From a candidate division WOR-3 bacterium (GTDB lineage: Bacteria; Hydrothermota; Hydrothermia; LBFQ01), in contig JALWZG010000072.1 in the NCBI GenBank assembly GCA_027002825.1, positions 1 through 47,665 of the forward strand: DNA of 47,665 nucleotides. The letters are read 5' to 3'. Made by a program: the position numbers and the translations under genes. The notes beneath the pieces were generated by a model. That model had not been told where the DNA came from and searched no databases. It saw only the letters and a program-made list of their open reading frames with translations. This document shows, piece after piece, positions 43,859-47,665 of the stretch; within the stretch, counting starts at the first letter, position 1, and every line of letters begins with the position of its first letter.

Positions 43859-44762
43859 GGCCACCTCCCCCTATCCTCATAACCTTGAAGGCGTGGTTTA
43901 TGTAAGGGAAAAGGGCGTTGAGTGCGTCCCTGACGCCACCCCTCGATCCCGGAAGGTTCACGATAAGGGTTTTACCCGATATGCCGGCAACCCCTCTGGA
44001 TAGAAAGGCGTAGGGTGTCCTCTCGCTTCCGTACATCCTTATGAACTCCGAGAGACCCGGAGCCTCCCTCTCTACGACCCTCCTTGTGGCCTCCGGGGTG
44101 TGATCCCTACGGCTGAACCCCGTACCTCCGGTGGTGATGACGAGGTCATAACCCTCGTCCACCGCCCTTCTCAGCTCCTCCTCTATCCTTTCCGGCTCAT
44201 CGGGTAGGACGGTGTACTCCCCCACCTCTATACCCTCCCGCTTCAGCCTCTCCACGATCATCCTGCCGCTCCTGTCCTCCTTCTTTCCTGAGAACACACT
44301 GTCGGATATGACGAAGACGGCCGCCCTCACACCGTCTGCGCGGGATCTGAACTCACCCCTTCCCCCCCTCTTTTCGAGCAGCCTTATACCTCTGATCTCA
44401 AGGGTTTCGGATACGGGTTTGAGCATATCGTAGACGGTCAGGGCAGCCACGGAGACGGCGGTTAGGGCCTCCATTTCAACTCCTGTCCTGTAAATGCTCT
44501 TAACCTCCGAGGTTATACGCAGGACGTTCCCCTCCAACCTGAAGGACACGTCGCAGTGTAAGATGGGGAGGTTATGACAGAGTGGGATGATATCGGACGT
44601 CCTCTTCGCGGCCGTTATACCGGCGACCCTGGCCACCTCAAACACGTCCCCCTTCGGTGTCCTGCCCCCTTTTAAGAGCTCAAGGGCATTCCCGTCCACA
44701 AGGACTTCGGCTTCCGCCTTTGCGTATCTCAAGGTGTTCACCTTTTCACTGACATCTACCAC
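43833..44762 (-). CDS. moaCB: Bifunctional MoaC / MoaB-MogA protein
   Basis: MVDVSEK, KGDV, IPLCH, TGVEMEALT; then TTGGTG...RD.TPEAT, LSRG.AG, NLPGS. Confidence 0.93.
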   Translation of the reverse strand: MVDVSEKVNTLRYAKAEAEVLVDGNALELLKGGRTPKGDVFEVARVAGITAAKRTSDIIPLCHNLPILHCDVSFRLEGNVLRITSEVKSIYRTGVEMEALTAVSVAALTVYDMLKPVSETLEIRGIRLLEKRGGRGEFRSRADGVRAAVFVISDSVFSGKKEDRSGRMIVERLKREGIEVGEYTVLPDEPERIEEELRRAVDEGYDLVITTGGTGFSRRDHTPEATRRVVEREAPGLSEFIRMYGSERTPYAFLSRGVAGISGKTLIVNLPGSRGGVRDALNALFPYINHAFKVMRIGGGGHAEGEGGP

Positions 44763-44764
44763 GG

Positions 44765-45736
44765 TTAACCTCCTATTGCCACCATCCTCCTGTTCCTTTC
44801 GGCGTTCCTTACCGTGTTCTCCGCACCCTTGGGCTTGAAAAACACCGCCCTTTTGATCGCTTCCCTTATCTCATCGTCGTCCGCCCCATCCCTCAGCATC
44901 CGCCTGAGGTTCACCTCCACGGGTGAAAGGAGGCACAGCTTCAGACAGCCGTCCGCCGTAAGTCTCAGGCGGTTGCACGTATCACAGAAAGGTTGGGTCA
45001 GTGAGCCTATGAAACCCACCAAACCCTTGAAACCCGGTATGGTGTAATCCCGTGAGACCTCGGAGAATCCCCTGACGGGCTTGAGGGGGTAAAACCTCCC
45101 GATCACCTCCTTCATCTCCCCTACGGGGACCACCTTATCCGCACCCCAGCCGTTTCCGGGGAAGGGCATGAACTCTATGAACCTCACCGCAACCCTTCTA
45201 TCCCTGGCGAATTCAACAAAGTTCAGGAGCTCGTCCTCGTTGAATCCCCTTATCACGACGGTGTTGATCTTGACAAGGGGAAAGTCCATTTCCAACGCCG
45301 TGTTTATGGCGTCCAGCACCCTGTAAAAGTCGCGCCGGGAGCCACCCGTGATCCGGGCGTACCTCTTCGGGGAGAGTGTGTCAAGGCTGACGTTCAGGTG
45401 GTGCAACCTTCCCCTCAAACCTGGTAAGAAGTCTCGCAGCATCACACCGTTTGTCGTCAGGTTGAGTTTGACGGGTAGGCGGGATATCCCGTTGAAAACG
45501 TCCCAAAAGTCCCTCCGCATCAGGGGTTCTCCACCGGTCAGCCTCACCTTCTCCACGCCAAGGCTCACGAACACCCGCACAAGCCTTTTCACCTCCTCCG
45601 CCGTCAGCAGGTTTTCCCTCCGTATGAACCCCACGGGGCATCCGGGGGGCATACAGTAGGAACACCGGAGGTTGCACCTGTCGGTCAGGGAGACCCTCAA
45701 ATAGTTCAGGCGGCGCCCGAAGGAATCCCTTAACAT
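44765..45736 (-). CDS. moaA: GTP 3',8-cyclase
   Basis: YLRVSLTDRCNLRCSYCMP, TGGEP, FCDTCNRLRLTADG.LK.CL, terminal IGG. Confidence 0.97.
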   Translation of the reverse strand: MLRDSFGRRLNYLRVSLTDRCNLRCSYCMPPGCPVGFIRRENLLTAEEVKRLVRVFVSLGVEKVRLTGGEPLMRRDFWDVFNGISRLPVKLNLTTNGVMLRDFLPGLRGRLHHLNVSLDTLSPKRYARITGGSRRDFYRVLDAINTALEMDFPLVKINTVVIRGFNEDELLNFVEFARDRRVAVRFIEFMPFPGNGWGADKVVPVGEMKEVIGRFYPLKPVRGFSEVSRDYTIPGFKGLVGFIGSLTQPFCDTCNRLRLTADGCLKLCLLSPVEVNLRRMLRDGADDDEIREAIKRAVFFKPKGAENTVRNAERNRRMVAIGG

Positions 45737-45773
45737 GAGGGAAATATTTTAAAGTTCCGGTTCCGTATTCCTT

Positions 45774-45790
45774 TTGCAAAACGTTTGCAA
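45774..45790. promoter_or_regulatory. Palindrome TTGCAAA-ACG-TTTGCAA, candidate operator between divergent moaA and aminotransferase genes
   Basis: Perfect 7-bp inverted repeat, extendable by CCTT/AAGG, in the intergenic region. Confidence 0.45.
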
Positions 45791-45862
45791 CAAGGTTCCG
45801 GGTTCTTTCCACTCCGCAGGCCGTGGAGCATCCCGAAGCCTCCGTATAATAGCAGTTTCACC

Positions 45863-46948
45863 ATGAACAGGAGGGTCAAGCTTTTCCTTCCGGGGCCCAC
45901 GGAGGTCCTTGATGAGGTCCTTGAAAAGCAGGCGCTACCCCTTATAGGACACAGGTCAAGCGAGTTCTCCTCCCTCTACGAGGGGATCGTGGGCAAGCTC
46001 AAAATGCTGTTCGGCACGGACTACCACGCCTTCGTCTTCACATCCTCCGCCACGGGTGTTCTGGAGGGCTTTATAAGGAACTTCGTAAAGAGGAGGGTTC
46101 TCATCCCCGTAAACGGCTCTTTTTCCAAGAGGTGGGTTGAGGCGGCCGAGCTGAACGGAAAGGAGGTAAAGGCGCTGGAAATTGAATGGGGAAGGGCTAT
46201 AAGACCGGAGATGGTGGCGCAGGAGTTGAGATCCTCCCATTACGACGCGGTCATGGTGGTCCACAACGAGTCCTCAACCGGTCTTACCAATCCCCTCAAG
46301 GAGATAGCGGAGGCCGTCAGGGAGGTTTCACCCGATACGCTCATCCTTGTTGACGCCGTCAGCGGAATGCTCGGTGTCCCGTTGGAGCTTGAGGCCTGGG
46401 GAATAGACGCCGTAGCCGCGAGCGTCCAGAAGGCCTTTGCCCTACCTCCGGGTTTGACCGTGGCCTACGTGAGCGATAGGGCGATGGAGTTTTCAAAAGG
46501 TGTTGAGAACAGGGGGATGTACTTCAACTTTGAGAAAATGCTGGATTACTACAACAGAAAGCGTCAAACCCCTTTCACACCCAACATATCCCTCATGTTT
46601 GCCCTGGACCACCAGCTCAACAGGATCCTGGAAGAGGGGCTTGAGAACAGGTACAGGAGGCATCGTGAGATGGCATCCCTTGTTCAGACGTGGGCGCTTG
46701 AGAGGTTTGACATGTTCCCGGAGGAGGGGTATTGGTCCCCGACCATATCCTGTATTTCCAACACAAGGGGACTGCCCGTCGGTGAGTTCATACAGGCCCT
46801 GAAGGAGAGGGGGTACGCCATAGTAAACGGCTACGGTCCCCTAAGGGGGAAGACCTTCCGCGTGGGACACATGGGGGACCTGACACCGGACGACGTAAAA
46901 GGCTTAATAGATGCCATGGACGAGGTAATAAAGGAGAGGGGATGGTAA
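45863..46948 (+). CDS. Class V PLP aminotransferase (alanine-glyoxylate/serine-pyruvate family)
   Basis: [45 protein letters not shown]. Start moved to ATG 45863. Confidence 0.93.
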   Translation: MNRRVKLFLPGPTEVLDEVLEKQALPLIGHRSSEFSSLYEGIVGKLKMLFGTDYHAFVFTSSATGVLEGFIRNFVKRRVLIPVNGSFSKRWVEAAELNGKEVKALEIEWGRAIRPEMVAQELRSSHYDAVMVVHNESSTGLTNPLKEIAEAVREVSPDTLILVDAVSGMLGVPLELEAWGIDAVAASVQKAFALPPGLTVAYVSDRAMEFSKGVENRGMYFNFEKMLDYYNRKRQTPFTPNISLMFALDHQLNRILEEGLENRYRRHREMASLVQTWALERFDMFPEEGYWSPTISCISNTRGLPVGEFIQALKERGYAIVNGYGPLRGKTFRVGHMGDLTPDDVKGLIDAMDEVIKERGW

Positions 46949-47665
46949 AGGCACAGGAAATAGCGCGCATAGTCGGCGGAGAGGTTGAGGGTGACGGGGA
47001 CTTCGTTTTCAAGAGCATAAAGGAGTCCTCGGAGGCCACATCTGAAGATCTGACCGTCTGGGACGGCAAATCGCCCATATCCCCCCGCGTCGGTGTCGTA
47101 ATATCACAGGAGCGTCCGGATGTTGAGTTCAGGGCCTTTGTAAAGGTGAGGGATTATCGGGAGGCCTTGGCGAAACTCCTCAAGAGGTTTGAGCCCGAAC
47201 ACCCCTTCAAAGGTATAAGTCCGGCCGCCTTTGTGGAGGAGGGTGCGAACGTCAGTCCGGACGCGAACGTGGCCCCCTTCGCCTACATCTCGGCCGGAAG
47301 CACGGTGGAGAGCGGGGTGTTCGTATACCCCTTCGCTTACGTGGGACCGGACAGCCGCATAGGTGAAGGCACGGTCGTGTACCCGTTTGTGTTCATAGGG
47401 AGAGGGGTTGAGATAGGGAGGAGGTGTTTGCTCCATCCGGGGGCGGTAATAGGGGCGGAGGGCTTTGGATTTGTGCCGAAGGGTTCTGAATGGGTCCGCA
47501 TACCCCAGATCGGAAGGGTCAGGATAGGTGATGACGTAAGGATAGGGGCGAACACCACGGTTGACAGGGCGACCTTTTCGGAAACCGTCATAGGGAAGGG
47601 GAGCAAGATAGACAACCTCGTCCAGATAGCCCACAACGTTCGCATAGGGGATTACACGGTTATAG
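46942..47665 (+). CDS. lpxD: UDP-3-O-acylglucosamine N-acyltransferase (partial, runs off window)
   Basis: Translated by hand: [18 protein letters not shown]..., hexapeptide repeats, [42 protein letters not shown]. Confidence 0.95.
   Translation, partial: MVKAQEIARIVGGEVEGDGDFVFKSIKESSEATSEDLTVWDGKSPISPRVGVVISQERPDVEFRAFVKVRDYREALAKLLKRFEPEHPFKGISPAAFVEEGANVSPDANVAPFAYISAGSTVESGVFVYPFAYVGPDSRIGEGTVVYPFVFIGRGVEIGRRCLLHPGAVIGAEGFGFVPKGSEWVRIPQIGRVRIGDDVRIGANTTVDRATFSETVIGKGSKIDNLVQIAHNVRIGDYTVI

Noticed and set aside
47104-47645. Minus-strand ORFs at the window end
   Set aside because: Antisense to the clear lpxD reading frame starting at 46942, which the ORF track omits because it has no stop in the window.
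1-47665. CRISPR arrays, IS elements, integrases, rRNA, intrinsic terminators, frameshifted pseudogenes
   Set aside because: None seen by eye. Convergent genes mostly overlap or abut without hairpin-polyU terminators.

Overview
Very compact, GC-rich chromosomal housekeeping region of a diderm bacterium (lpxD, Omp85 barrel, T9SS-like C-termini, V/A-type ATPase). The gene content suggests a thermophilic FCB-adjacent lineage such as WOR-3, but this is inference. It holds about 47 CDS and two CCA-less tRNAs (Phe-GAA, Ile-GAT). The CDS include rpsO-pnp, queC, a split V-ATPase (I-K-E plus moxR, with D elsewhere), mtaB, a tRNA nucleotidyltransferase, PolX-PHP, an SF1 helicase, asnB, buk, a Moco operon and a partial lpxD. 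No CRISPR, rRNA, transposase or integrase was seen. The most unusual signals span the whole window. (1) At least 8 predicted exported proteins start with only a 5-9 residue uncharged hydrophobic stub instead of a Sec signal peptide. (2) Almost every transcription unit begins with a TAnAAT box 5-13 nt before the start codon, implying leaderless or near-leaderless mRNA. (3) That box carries a conserved upstream TTTCCnCCn extension, and three 15-mers recur identically at unrelated loci. Local oddities are an ETNSSS-domain/radical SAM fusion running into tRNA-Ile, a loop-deleted CC-adding-type enzyme, a PolX with altered catalytic residues and a stand-alone multi-ACT-like protein. All calls come from reading the sequence; no searches were run.
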